Both the position numbers and the translations under genes were made by a program. DNA of 64,000 bases from Paraspadella gotoi (Eukaryota > Animalia > Chaetognatha): positions 15,058,722 through 15,122,721 of the forward strand of contig CM119267.1 in assembly GCA_051294375.1 (NCBI GenBank), read 5' to 3'. This document shows positions 42,555 to 55,300 of this stretch, in pieces (the stretch's first letter is position 1; the number at the start of each line of letters is the position of its first letter). A model generated the notes under the pieces. The model saw only the letters and a list, made by a program, of their open reading frames with translations, had not been told where the DNA came from and searched no databases.

Positions 42555-44771
42555 AGAGACATACCTACAGACAGACAGACGGACTGACCCACAGACAGAA
42601 GAGACACTGAAAAGAACGAAAGACAGATAGCGATCAGTTATTTTGTCGCATTAATACCAACGACTTACAAATAATCTAAATGGCTATAATCCAGCTGCCT
42701 TTATCCTTCACTGGCCTCTCTCTCACCCAAAGCTATGGTGCCTCCCAAGAAGCAAGCGAGATGATGCATGGTGATATTGTTGACGAACTCGTTCCGCTCC
42801 GCGACGAACAAAAGACCGGATGATTGACTCCGCTCCAGCAGCTTCTCCCCCAGGCCCCCCAGCGCTTCGTCGAACATCCTCCCGCGCGCGGCGTCCGTTC
42901 GGTTCGACTGCAGCCACGACTTGAGAGATATTCGATGAAGGAGTCGCCTTGCGGACCTACGGTCGCCTCATTGCGGGCCCAGTCGCCCGAGAAACGCGCG
43001 ATAAACTGAGGAGAGTAAAAGGAAATTGAAGAAAAAAAAATATACACGATTTAAACTCTTCAAGGCAAAAACGCGACTCTCTTCCTTTCGCAGTATACAT
43101 ATGTTTTTGGTCTCCCAGCTCAGTGTTTCGCGGATAAGAATTTCCTCATTTTCATTTTCTATTTTCTAATTTAAATCTCCCACGTATTCAAGGGCAGGTT
43201 TAAACTTTAAAGTCAACCTCCTTCGCTCCGACCTTGGGAAACAAGCCCTTCTCCATCTTAGGACCGGAGTCGATGAGTCGACGGATGCTTTGGACTTTGT
43301 CGCGGAAGACGGGGTTTCCGGTCACGTGACTCAAGTAGACGAACTCGAGGTGCAACGTGCCGACGGAGCGATTGAAGCCGGGACCCAAAATTCGACCCAC
43401 CAGTCGACCTCGCCTGAGCGTTGTGCGTGGGGGACGGGATGTTTGGGGTCGGGTTTACTCTTAATTATTTGTTTGTTGCTTTCATCGTTTGTTTTTATTT
43501 TAGTATTTTTAGTATTTGAGAGTTAAAAACAATGCGCTATGAATTGAAGAAAAAAAAATAACATTTGCTTTATTTATCTACTCTCTGGGTAAGGCACAAG
43601 TAAACAAAAATATATACTAACTCCCTCAAAGGCCGAAACGTTCCCGACGAACCAGTCTTCAAGTCCATGTGTCCGCTCGGAAGCCCGATGGCCACTGAAG
43701 GCCTGCAGCAGGACTTCGCCACCTCCGCAGCCTTTTCTCGGAAGAGCTCGTCGCCCGAGAGAGCGAAGGCAGAAAGGAGGCCGCCGAGAATCCGGATGTT
43801 GACCTCGAAGACGGAGGCGCGGCCGGTAACGCGGGGGTTGAAATACTTTGGGAAGAAGAAGGGTGGATTGTATTAATTACAATCTACAAACTGATTATTT
43901 TTCTCTTTGTCGACACGAGTGACAAATTATTGCATTTCTAATCTTATTAATGATTACTATTTTCAATTAATATACGTTTATTCCATTCTCTAGGTGTTAT
44001 GATATCCACTGTTCCTTAAATCATTTATCTTTTCCAAAACAATTTTTTTACACATATTTCAAGCAATATTATATTGCCTGTCATAAGTAGCATTAATAAT
44101 TAGCTTAGATTAGGTTATCAATCCATCACAACCACTACCGCTCATCAGGATGAGGAAATTTGCAGTGAAATTAATTTTTCCTTTTTGAACTGAGGTCACC
44201 TGGGCGACCCATTCCCGCCCTGCGTCGAACTCTTCGTCCAACTCCATCAAATATAACGTAGACAGCGAGTCGATGATGGTTAACCCCAGCCCGTGCGGCA
44301 ACGGGCCGTTCACGCCTGTCTTTCGTACCGGCAAAAGCTCGTTCTTGCCCCAGGCGTGCCGCACGTATCCTTGCCAAGCGTCAAGCGCCATCTTGCGAAC
44401 CAGTTCCCTCTCCTCGTGCCAGACGGCGTCGCGGACAGCGGGCGTGGGTTTCGGTGGGACAAGAACGGCGAATTCGGCGTTCCGGTGCGGCGACGATCCC
44501 CGATGGGGCGAATTCGACGACGAAGACGACGACGAAGACGACGACGAAGACGTCAGCCGACATTCACGCCGGCGATCATTGGCAAACTTCGGCCACACCC
44601 ACTCCGGCGTAGTCAGTTCCGGAACTTGCGCCGACAGCGCCGCGTAGAGGAATAGTAGCAAGGCGAGGCGCCGAGTCGAAGGAGGATGTGGCGACGACGA
44701 AAAAGACGAAACGCCAGCCTGAAGGCGAGAAGGAAGCTGACGAAAACGGAAGGAAAACGGAGAAACTTCAT
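41970..44771 (-). CDS. GH47 alpha-1,2-mannosidase, duplicate copy, with frameshifts
   Basis: Exon 1 is cleanest here: RRLALLLFLYAALSA (hydrophobic), a Ser-rich stalk, then VRKMALDAWQGYVRHAWGKNELLP...GLTIIDSLSTLYLM, with a donor at 44199. Confidence 0.85.
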
Positions 44772-47568
44772 GACGAAGATTCGAAGAGAGAAAAAAGGGA
44801 AGAGAGATTCTTAACTCTTTCATCTAATTTTAACGGAGATTCCTTTGAAAGAGATTTTTACGTTATCATGTTAACATGAACATTGTTCAACGAGTGGTTA
44901 GACGCTGAAATGGGTCCGCCGACGCGGAAATGGCCGCTGACGTGATATAATTTATTGAATTTTTTGCTTCTTTATTTATTTTTTTCCCCTTTTCCATTGT
45001 GATTCAAATTCGATTTCTTTGAGTCATTCAAGCTAATTAGATAAGAGTTCGTCGAAGTTTTCGGCCCCGGACACAACCCTAACTCTTTAATTATTTGAAC
45101 AACTGAAAATGTTTTCAAGTTTTTTTGGTCTTTTTTTGTCATGCGAATCATTTTTTTAAAATTTATTTATATTTTTTATAACATTTTTCATTATATTTTG
45201 TTGTTTATGTTGTGTTGTATTATGGGTAGTTACTAAATTCTTATTGCATAGTCTACCACATTTTGAAAATGATTTTAGTTCTCAATCCACATTATGATTG
45301 CAGAGGTTAATCGTTAGAGAAATTTCAAATTTTTTTCTTTAAATCTCTTTAAATGTTGCTTGAAATAAGCTAAATTTCTTACCCCAGTTTCAAAAAGAAA
45401 AAGTTTGTCTCTCTAACATAACACTATTTCCATCCAATGAAACCTAAGTGACTTTTGCCAAATAGAAAATAAGCCAATGAAAAAATAAAATCTTCAATTA
45501 AAAAAAAAAACAACTGAATAGTGAACCCTCCTAACCAATGAAAAAACGAGCAATCTCGTAACGTCATGGTTTTCATTCTAAAGGTAAGTTTGCTTTGCAA
45601 TTTGAGTGGTGAGGCAATAGTATATATAAGAAATTATTCTCATGGTCATTTTGGGGAATGAGTATTTATTATAGAATTCATTAAAATTTTTCGCGTAATA
45701 CTATTAGTTTTTTGTTGAACTTCCATCAATTATTGTAAAATTCTAACGATTATAAAAGCGTAAATATTAAATGTTTTCCCTTTCTCCCAACCAGCGTCGC
45801 AGAGTTGAGGAATTCAGGAGGGGATTCCGACCCCGATTTAATTCTGGGTAAAAGTAAAAGGAGAGAGAAAAGGAACCAAAGAAAAAGACTCATCAATAAT
45901 TCAAGTCTTCCACTTCGTCTAAAGATTCGTGCCGAATTTTCTCCCCCGGGCGCTCTGTGAATAAAGTACATCGTTCCGGACGTCTCACTGCGTGAATACT
46001 AAATAATATGTTTTATATTTCTTTAATTCCCGTTTAGAATTTGAATTCCGGTTTTTTTTTTTACTTTTTATTCTTAGCTTACGCTGCTTTTTTGTACTTT
46101 CTTATTTACGAGTGTGTATAATAATTAGCGTAGTATTAGAGTTTTGTCTCATCTCACTCTCTTTTTCTAATTGAAAATCTATATATTTCATCTCTCTCTT
46201 TCTTTCTAATTTTAAATCTTATTTTTTGAGTCTATTTCCAAAGCTAATATTGACGCCAAATAAAATTGGTAGTTCTTTAAAACTTTCAATAACCCGCCGG
46301 AATGCCACAGAGCAATAAGCTCAGTTATTTCGTAATTGAAATGCGTTTACAACTCGAAATGGATTTCGAAGCGTCTCAAATAGTCTTTTTATGCGCTTTT
46401 AATCTATTTTTTCTGGCTTAGATGGCCAATTGTAATGGAGAAGCAAAGGACGGGAGGCAAAAAGAAAGAGAGAGATGAAGAGACGAGAGAAGTAGAGATG
46501 ACGAGGAGAGTGAGAGAGAATGGGAGAGCCAGATGAGATTTGAACGAGAGGCGATGAGAGAGATGAGGAGAGTTGAAGAGCCAATCACACTCGAGATTCT
46601 CCCCGCTCCATTTCTCGTTCGTCGACTTTGCGTGGGTCGACGCTTGAATCACGGGTTTATGCAAATTCATCGCTGGCGGCACTGCCGCTGCGGCTGCCGG
46701 TCTCGCCAAAGCCGCTACCGACGACGCCGGTGCCTCTGACACCTCTGGCAACACTGACGCCCACAGCGCCGACGCCGTCAAAATTACAGCAATGATCAGC
46801 GCCCTGCTCAAATGCCACAACTGTTCCCCATTTAAAACATTCATCGCCATCCCACATCCTCATGACGTCATACCCGCAACTCTCATACCACCCCATACCA
46901 TCACCCCCCTACTCCCCAATCACCACCGCCACCCCCATCTTTTTCCTCGACCCGCCGGATTTTTATGAGCCCGGCTCTGCCCCGGGTTCTCAAAATTTTT
47001 TTTTTTTCTTCTCGAGTCTCTTACATTAAATTTTCGCGGGTCGGGCAATTTATAACCAGATTTCACTACTCGATTTATTTAATCGTTTTTATTCCTTTTT
47101 TTTTCATCTGCCTTCTTTTTCCCCATCTTTTTTCATTTTTCCTAGAGCAGATGGATGAAGCTGATGGGGTAGATGGATGAAGCAGAGGGAGCAGATGGAT
47201 GAAGCAGATGGATAAAGTGGAGGTAGAAGGTGGAATTTTTAGTAAGAAAATCTATGTACTGTTTGATTTCAATCGAGGGAATTCGTAGAATATAATTACA
47301 TTTTATTAATGTTCAGATTATATAATGAGAGAATGCCGATTTGTAAACTTACAATGAATGAAATATTTAATGAATTGAAGAACGTTTCAAGGATGGAAAC
47401 CGAAAATTCCATTGAGAAGAGAATCGAATTGACGAAAAAATCCATTTGGAATTTTCGATCGGAAAGAGAAATAAAATTAGGAATGAAATTCAAGGAATTC
47501 GTAATTTGAAAGTTTAACCCGAATCCCTCGCCCCTTAAATCTATTTTCGTTTGGTACATCCGATTCCA

Positions 47569-47653
<85 letters not shown>

Positions 47654-49176
47654 ATCCCATTCAATGGCTGATAGTCGATGCCCCTCCTGTTGCCGAGAAG
47701 AAAATCCTTTCCAAGACGGGCGCCGCGTAGGGAACGGTTACTAAGGACGATGATGATGATTGTCGAGGACGAAAAGATTGGAAAATGCTTGCAAAGGATT
47801 CCGCGAAAAAAATTAAGATACAAGTTGGTTGTTTGGAAGAAAAAGCCTCTTTTGGCATTCTGTTATTCCCAAAATCTTGCTTTACATAATATCTTTTGCC
47901 AGTGGGCGTTTTTTATCGAAGTTTGTAGATCATATCTTTCGAGCAAAAAAAAAATGACGGGATAAATCTAAATCTACTTGCTTTTCTCGATTTACGCGAA
48001 TAACGTGTCCACGATGAACTCGAAAAGAAAGAAGAAAAAAGAAAAGAAAAAAAAATTGAATGTTTGCTCGTTGGATTCCGTCGATGCCCATCAACGGGCG
48101 ATAATCGCCGTCGGCCATCTTGATTTTTTTTTCTTTCGATCTTGATCCATCTTCGTTTGCCTTTTGAAGAAAAAAAAAGACTATCGCCCTCGACGGAAAA
48201 AATACCGAGATCGAGGAGAAAGGGAGTGTACGAGAGATTGAATGGATTCCGTGAGAAAAAAAAAACGTGGTTGCCTAGGAAACGAGAACGAGGGCAAGCC
48301 TCTCTCGGAGTCTCGTGGATATTGAAGACTGGAACGATCGTTTCTTGGATTGATAGATTGAGTCAATGTTTGGGGAATGTCGGGTTCATAGCTCTGGGCA
48401 AAATTGTGTTAGGGAATGATTTAGTCGGTCGCCATGTTTGATTGGTTACCATAGTGAATATTCGGTTATTCTCGTTACTAACAGTAAGGTTCATTGTTCA
48501 ATGTCATCGAAAAAAAAGCTCATCCTTTTACTATTACGCAATATGCTATACCCTGGCTGCTAAAACAACAATGCAAATATTTTTTGCCGTTTTGCGGCAT
48601 CGACGGCAGCTGTGGCGTTGGCGGCGGTGTTGGCGGCGGAGGCGGCGGCGAAAGCAAAAGCGTGACTGACGAAGCGTGCGAAAAGGCGTGGCTCGCTAGA
48701 GAGAGACATCCTTGCCAAGACGCGTTTACCGCTCGTCTACCGCTTGCTCTTTTTTTTTTTTTTATCAGACGATTCGTTTTGATTCGAAGTTAATCGATCG
48801 GTTTTACGATCGAAGTTGAAGCGTGAAGGCAATTCTTTCCACTTTGACTTTCTGTCGCGGCTGAAAGAAAACGAAATGTAGCCATTTGTGCGGCTGCCTG
48901 TCTGATCTGACTCTGCCGAAAGGAAAAGGAGTATTTTTTTAAATAAAAATAAAATCTAACGAATTCTAAAAAAAAAAAAACATTTTCGCATTATTAAATT
49001 ATGCAAAGAGAAAATATATTTGTTTTCCGTCTACGTTGAAAAGCAAATGTAGGTTTAAAAATATAAATCTTTCGAAACAAATCGTTTTAAAGTTAAACGT
49101 CGTCGCGGTCGCGCAATATTGAAGTCTTCTTTCCGAAGGAGGTTTCTGTGGTGTTGAAGATAAGTGACAGATGGAA

Positions 49177-49254
<78 letters not shown>

Positions 49255-50890
49255 GCCAACTCGTCGCCGTCCGTCTTTTCCGCTTCCGTAGGCACCAAAG
49301 ATAAAAATTGTCAGAAGAATTTGAAGCTTCGATGGCGACGGTTTCGCTAGGAATGGGGAAAGGGTGAGAGTGGGAGACAAGAGGGAGGAAGGTAAAGGAA
49401 AAGAAACTTTAAATTTTAAAAAGCAAAGGAGAAAAAACCCTTTTTTTTCCAATGTAAAAGAAGAAGAAGATACGTTAAAAAACACTAACGATTAGCCAAA
49501 AGCATTGGGCAGGTGTGGCATAAAGCTAAGTAATAACAAAAGGAGACGATAAACTCAGAAGAACTGTTAAAAAAAACCGAAAAAAAAAACAAAAGATGGG
49601 TGGGTTAAACGATCTTTTCCAATGTAAAAAGATCGCATAAATGAGCACACCGATAAACGTTTGTAGCGTAACATAACAAAGTTGATAAAAACTGTATAAA
49701 TACACCGGCCAGACGACATTTCCCAAAGAGATAAAACTTTTAAAAACTCAAAGGAAAGGACAACCTTTTTGTCCGAAGTAGGATTCTTTGTAAAACGTTT
49801 TTAGAGAATGCCTCAAAAATATAATTGGGAGACAGGCAGGAAGAGAAAGAAGAAGTGATCGGCTTGGATAAGACGAAGAAAAATCAGGCCTACGCCAATT
49901 AAATATAGTGTTGAGGAAAAGAGGAAGAAAGAAAGTAGAAATAAAGAAGAAAAAAAAGAAAAGAAGAAAACTAGAAAAATAAAGCCAGAAAGAAAAGAAA
50001 AGCTTCTTAAGACTCTTCACATTTTAATAAAAAAAAAAGAATCTTGTCAGAAGTGGGAGATTGAAAAAAATGAAGGGGAAACAGGCGATCTCTCTTACGC
50101 CTACGAAGGCGTTAAAAATTCGGGCGGCCCAATTGAACTTAGATTAGTTTGACGACCGGGAGAAGGGCGAGAACTGAATAATTCCGGAAGGATGAAAGAC
50201 GCACTGATGGAAATTTCTCTTAGGTAATATTTTTTTTTGGATAATGTGTGAATATACTGAAAAGTGTATCTTAATCTTCTAATGCACATACAATGATACG
50301 TAAAGTACAATAATTAAAAAGAGCTATTCAATTTATAATGATTATAAAAATTACTCGTCCTCATATACATTTAAACACTCAAGTTGTACGTTTCTTAATA
50401 CGAGCTACCACTGCGATAATATTTAAAAAATAAATAATAGAAATTTCGTACGCATTATATTCTCGTAATGGTCTATTCTGAATTTTTATGTTTATATAGA
50501 TACGGCGGGTTTTATATTCGTATATATTTTGTTCACATTATAGCTGGCGTTTTTCGTCTCGTAGCCGTGGGCTTCCAAACGTTACTTTATTTGATTACCC
50601 TTCTTAAAAAAAGTAACGGGAAGCTTGCGAGGCCTTCGTGACCGCCGACGGTGACAAGCCCCCGCCCTCGCCCCCGCCCCCCCGGCCACCGCTTCTCCTT
50701 GTCACTCGACCAACCGTCACGCTAATTTTAACGGCGCCAATTTTTTTTTTTTTTTTTTTTGTGGAACACAAAACTTTTTTTCGCCTCCTTTTTCCCGGCA
50801 GACTATCGTTTTTTAAATTAGGCCGATCGATCCGGGGGATTTTTCAGACGATAGCCGGTTGGTGCTCTCCAGTATAACTTCCCAGGTCTC

Positions 50891-50939
<49 letters not shown>

Positions 50940-51321
50940 CTCTCTCTGTCAGTGTCTGTGGGCGTCGGTTTCGTCGCTTCAATTCTGTTTCTTTCTCGCG
51001 GAAATGCAACACAAAAAATTTGGATTTCGGTGCGTCGACGAGAAATGTTTTCTTCTCACTTTCTTTTTTTGGAATCCATCTCTCCTTCTTTTTCTTTTCC
51101 TTTTTCCCCCTTTTCCTTTTTTTTTTTGCCTCTCTCCACTCTCTTTCCTCCTTATGTCCATTATGTCAAAATCGCTTCTCGCATCTTTACTTTCACTTTC
51201 CTTGGGAAAAGTTTTTTTTTGGGGAGAAATTCGCGAGTCTGGAGTGAGTTTACTGACTTTTTTCCCCATTCCTAAAACCCAAATCTCTCTACTCTCTCAT
51301 CTCTCTCTCTCTTTCTCTCGT

Positions 51322-51359
<38 letters not shown>

Positions 51360-52394
51360 TCTCTCTCTCCTCCTCTCTCTCTCTTCTCTCAACCGTTCCG
51401 CCTCCATTTTTTTCCCTGAAGTAGAATCGGATGATCTTTAGTAACGGAATTCTAAAGATGGCGGCCGCGAGGAACAACGATGACGCCGACGAAAACGGAT
51501 CGACGACGACGAAAAGATGACTACGACGACGATAATTTATAATGACAACGACGAAAAAAACATCAATGGTCGCATATGAAAACTTTGAGAACAACGTCGA
51601 TGACAACAACAACATTCATGACTTGAGTGAAGATGACTGTAATAAAAACGTCGACAGTAAGGACGACGACGACGACGACGACGACGACGTCAAAAGAGAC
51701 GATGGCACCATCGTTCGGGTCGTGACCTCGTCGGAGAAGAGCCTCTATAAAAAAAAAAACAAATGCCTCCTAAGGTCAGGAAGTTCAAGCCTCCCGTCAG
51801 CTAAATGTTGGAGTTAAACTCCGGAAGGCGATGGGCAGGGAACGACGACGACGATGGCGACGACTAGAAAGACGACGGGGGCTTTTAAAAAGTCAACCAA
51901 CGGAATCGACTCGCGGCAACTTTGCCGACTCAGGATTTTTATTAAGCTTTTACAATTTTCGGGTATGATAATAAAATATTGAAACGAGATAATTTAACGA
52001 CAACGAAGACGATTTTTAAACGAACGGGAGATAATGATACATATAAGATAAATTTACAATAGTAACAAATATTTTACGAAATCACTCCTATCAGGGCGAA
52101 TTTAAGCAGCGGATAATATTTATCCAGTATCATAATTTCTAACTAGCTACTAGATTTAAAAGCATATTTTTATTTTCTAGGTCACTAAAATATAAAAAAT
52201 AACTATATCGTTTATAAAATAAAATTAATAATAGTTGTATTTACAGAGAATTTTTAATGTCAATACAATTGTATAATTTGTCTAAAACTGTAATCAATGT
52301 ATTCAAAGAATGAATGAATAAATAAATAAGGCTTAAAATAGTACAATTTTCATATTCGTCCCTATAGCATAAATTTTTACAATTCTCACAAGAA

Positions 52395-55300
52395 TTAAAC
52401 AATCCCAGATTCTTTTGCCAAGGAGTAAAACATGCTTGATTCATCTCTGAGAAGGGCTTTAGGATCGTCATATTCTTTTATACTTCCGCGGTCTAAAGCC
52501 AGTATTTTATCATAATCCAAGATTGTATTAATTCTATGAGCAATTGTAAGTACGGTACAGTCTTTGAATTCTTTCCTTATCGTTGCCTGAATAAGATCGT
52601 CTGTATCCAAATCAACGGCGGCTGTGGCTTCATCCAAAACAAGGATTTTCGACTTTCTCAACAAAGCTCTGGCAAGGCACAAGAGTTGTTGTTGCCCAGA
52701 AGACAGATTGCTACCGTACTCAGCGCAGAGGTGATTCAGACGTTCTGGCACGTTGCACACAAACTGTTTAAGGTGGGCCATTTCAAGCGCGTCCCATATA
52801 GTGGCATCGTCGTGACGACCGAAAGGATCTAAATTTTGACGCAAAGTGCCGGAGAAAACAACGGCGTCTTGCGGAATGATGGAGAGACTGGATCGCAGGT
52901 CATAGAGACCCATCGACGACGAATCATGGGAATCAATTTTGATATTTCCCTTTGAAGCTTCAATTAGTCGAAACAAAGCCTTGGTGATGGTCGATTTACC
53001 AGCGCCAGTTCTTCCGACGATGCCGACTTTTTCTCCGGATTTAACTTTGAAAGTCAATTCTTTCAAGACGTCGTCGAGATTTTCTCGATATCGGGCGCTG
53101 AAGTTTTCAAAATCCAAACAACCGGATTTTATTTCTCCGTCCGTCGTTGAACTTCTTCTTTTGCCCTCAGTTTTGAAGGAAGAAAATTCTTCAAGACGTT
53201 CGACGGAAACTAAGTCCTGTTCCAACTGAGCCGCGGATCTTATGGCGCCTCCCAATCCGTTGCAAACTCCAAAGGAGAACGTGAGAGAAACGCCAATGAT
53301 ACCAGCAGTCGTCGCGCTGCCCAATACCGATAACAAACCGCAAAATAGAAGAACGAAAGTCGACGTTAGATAAATAAAAAATGATAACCACAAGTTTGAC
53401 GTGCGGAAGGTGAATTCGGTTTTGCTGTATTCGTCCAAATGCCCGTGCCACTTTTCCAAGAAGTCATTTTGTTTTTCAAAAGCGCGAATAGTAACCAATC
53501 CCAACTGCGTCTGAGAAAAGTGCGACAACACGAAGGACAATGATGTCGATTTTAATCTTCTCACTTGCCTAGATGCCGGAATGTACATTTTATTGAGGAG
53601 GCCAAAAAAAATAAACAGCACGGGCACCAGAGTTAAAATCCATGGCTGAATGAAGCATATTACAGCAATCAACAAGCATACCACTATCACAAATTGAAAA
53701 ACATTGAGAAGAGTCGTATTTATCCTGCAATCTACGGCATCTATGTCGCTTGAGAAGCGATTGATGATTCTCCCCAAAGGAGTTGTTTCAAAAAAGGACA
53801 TTGGGTATTGCATTATTTTCGTTGAGAGCCGTTCATGAAAATAATATGACGATTTTGCAGTTCCAATGTAATCGGCTACTCTTCGTCCGACTACCAAAAT
53901 ACAGGCAAGAGTTGAAAATATGTTGTAAATCAAAACATAAAGATTAGTATTCATTGAACGATCATCCAAATGTTCAGACATTTTTGTAGAATTCGTCTGA
54001 TTACCTTTTTGAACGCGAGACACATCATCTGTCCATTTGGCTAACCAGATTCCAATTAAAATTTCGAACAACTGGCAAAAAAAGATGGAAACCATGCCGC
54101 CTACGCAAACTCTCCATCCCAATGCTTTGATAAAATTCCAATAAACTGAAAAATTGACTGATCCCGATTGATTTTCTTCTTTGCCAATTAACATTCCATT
54201 TTCATTCAAGGATTCTTTTTCAATTTCTGTCGAGACGACTGGGTGTTCTTTATAGTTTTCTTCATTAGCTGATTTGTACTTTTTTGCTAGAGCTGAAAAA
54301 TATCCATTTTGTTGAGAGAGTTCTTCATAACTACCAACTTCACATATTGTTCCTTCGCTTAAAAAAACTATTTTGTCCATGGTGGAAGAAAAAGTCAGAT
54401 TATTTGATACAAGAACTCGACTTTTGTTCCTAAGCAACCCCGACGGACCAATAACCCGATCAAAGATGTGTCTCCCAACGTGAGCATCAACTGCAGATAA
54501 AGGATCGTCTAATAAATAAAGATGAGCGTTGTCGTAAACGGCTCGGGCAAGAGCTACACGCAGTTTTTGTCCTCCTGAAAGATTGACGCCCTTTTCGCCG
54601 ATTTCTGTTTCATCACCTGCAGGAAGGACTTTCAAATCTGGAAGAAGAGCGCATGCTTCAAGGACCAACTGGTATCTTTTCTCATCAAGTGGTTTTCCAA
54701 AAAGGATGTTGTTCCGCAGGCTAGCATTTTGAATCCAAGGTTGTTGACCAACAAAAGCAACGCTTTTTTCTCTGTAAACATTTCCACAGGTTTGTATCAT
54801 TTCTCCAAGGAGAGACATCAAAAAAGAAGATTTTCCGGAACCAACCTGCCCCACGATCATAGCACTCTCGCCTTTCTTCAAATCAAAGTTTATAGACTTT
54901 AAAGTGGGTTCTAAGTTATCACCCCATTTAAACTCACCATTGAATAATTGGATGCTAAACTCATTGTTGATTGGCTCGATGAAATCATCAGAATATTCTT
55001 CTCGTCTCATGAACTTGTCTATTCTTTTTGAAGCCACCCACACTTGAACACCTTGTACTATGCATTCAGGCAGCCACAGTAAACGATCCTTTAAATTTGT
55101 GAAAAGTCCTAAGGATACAAACACAATCTCAGGGCTGAGAGATTTGCCAGATATAAGTGCAAAGACAGAAATAGAAACAGCTTGAGCTAATATTGCAGAC
55201 AGTTGAGTTGTGAAACTATTTAATATATCATATCTCATTACTTTTTTGCGCATGTTAATCTCAGTTTTTCTCACGTTTCTTATCTTTTCCAAAAATGCTT

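Larger units (their letters stand above)
35436..44867. repeat. Second copy of the 9.4-kb block 23954-33384 (P450-A, P450-B, mannosidase)
   Basis: Near-identical throughout, including intergenic DNA and microsatellites; differences are mainly 1-bp indels. Confidence 0.95.

Noticed and set aside
46404-46850. 148-aa minus-strand ORF with a hydrophobic, signal-like N-terminus
   Set aside because: No recognisable domain, it runs into a CT-rich low-complexity tract, and there is no clear splice support.
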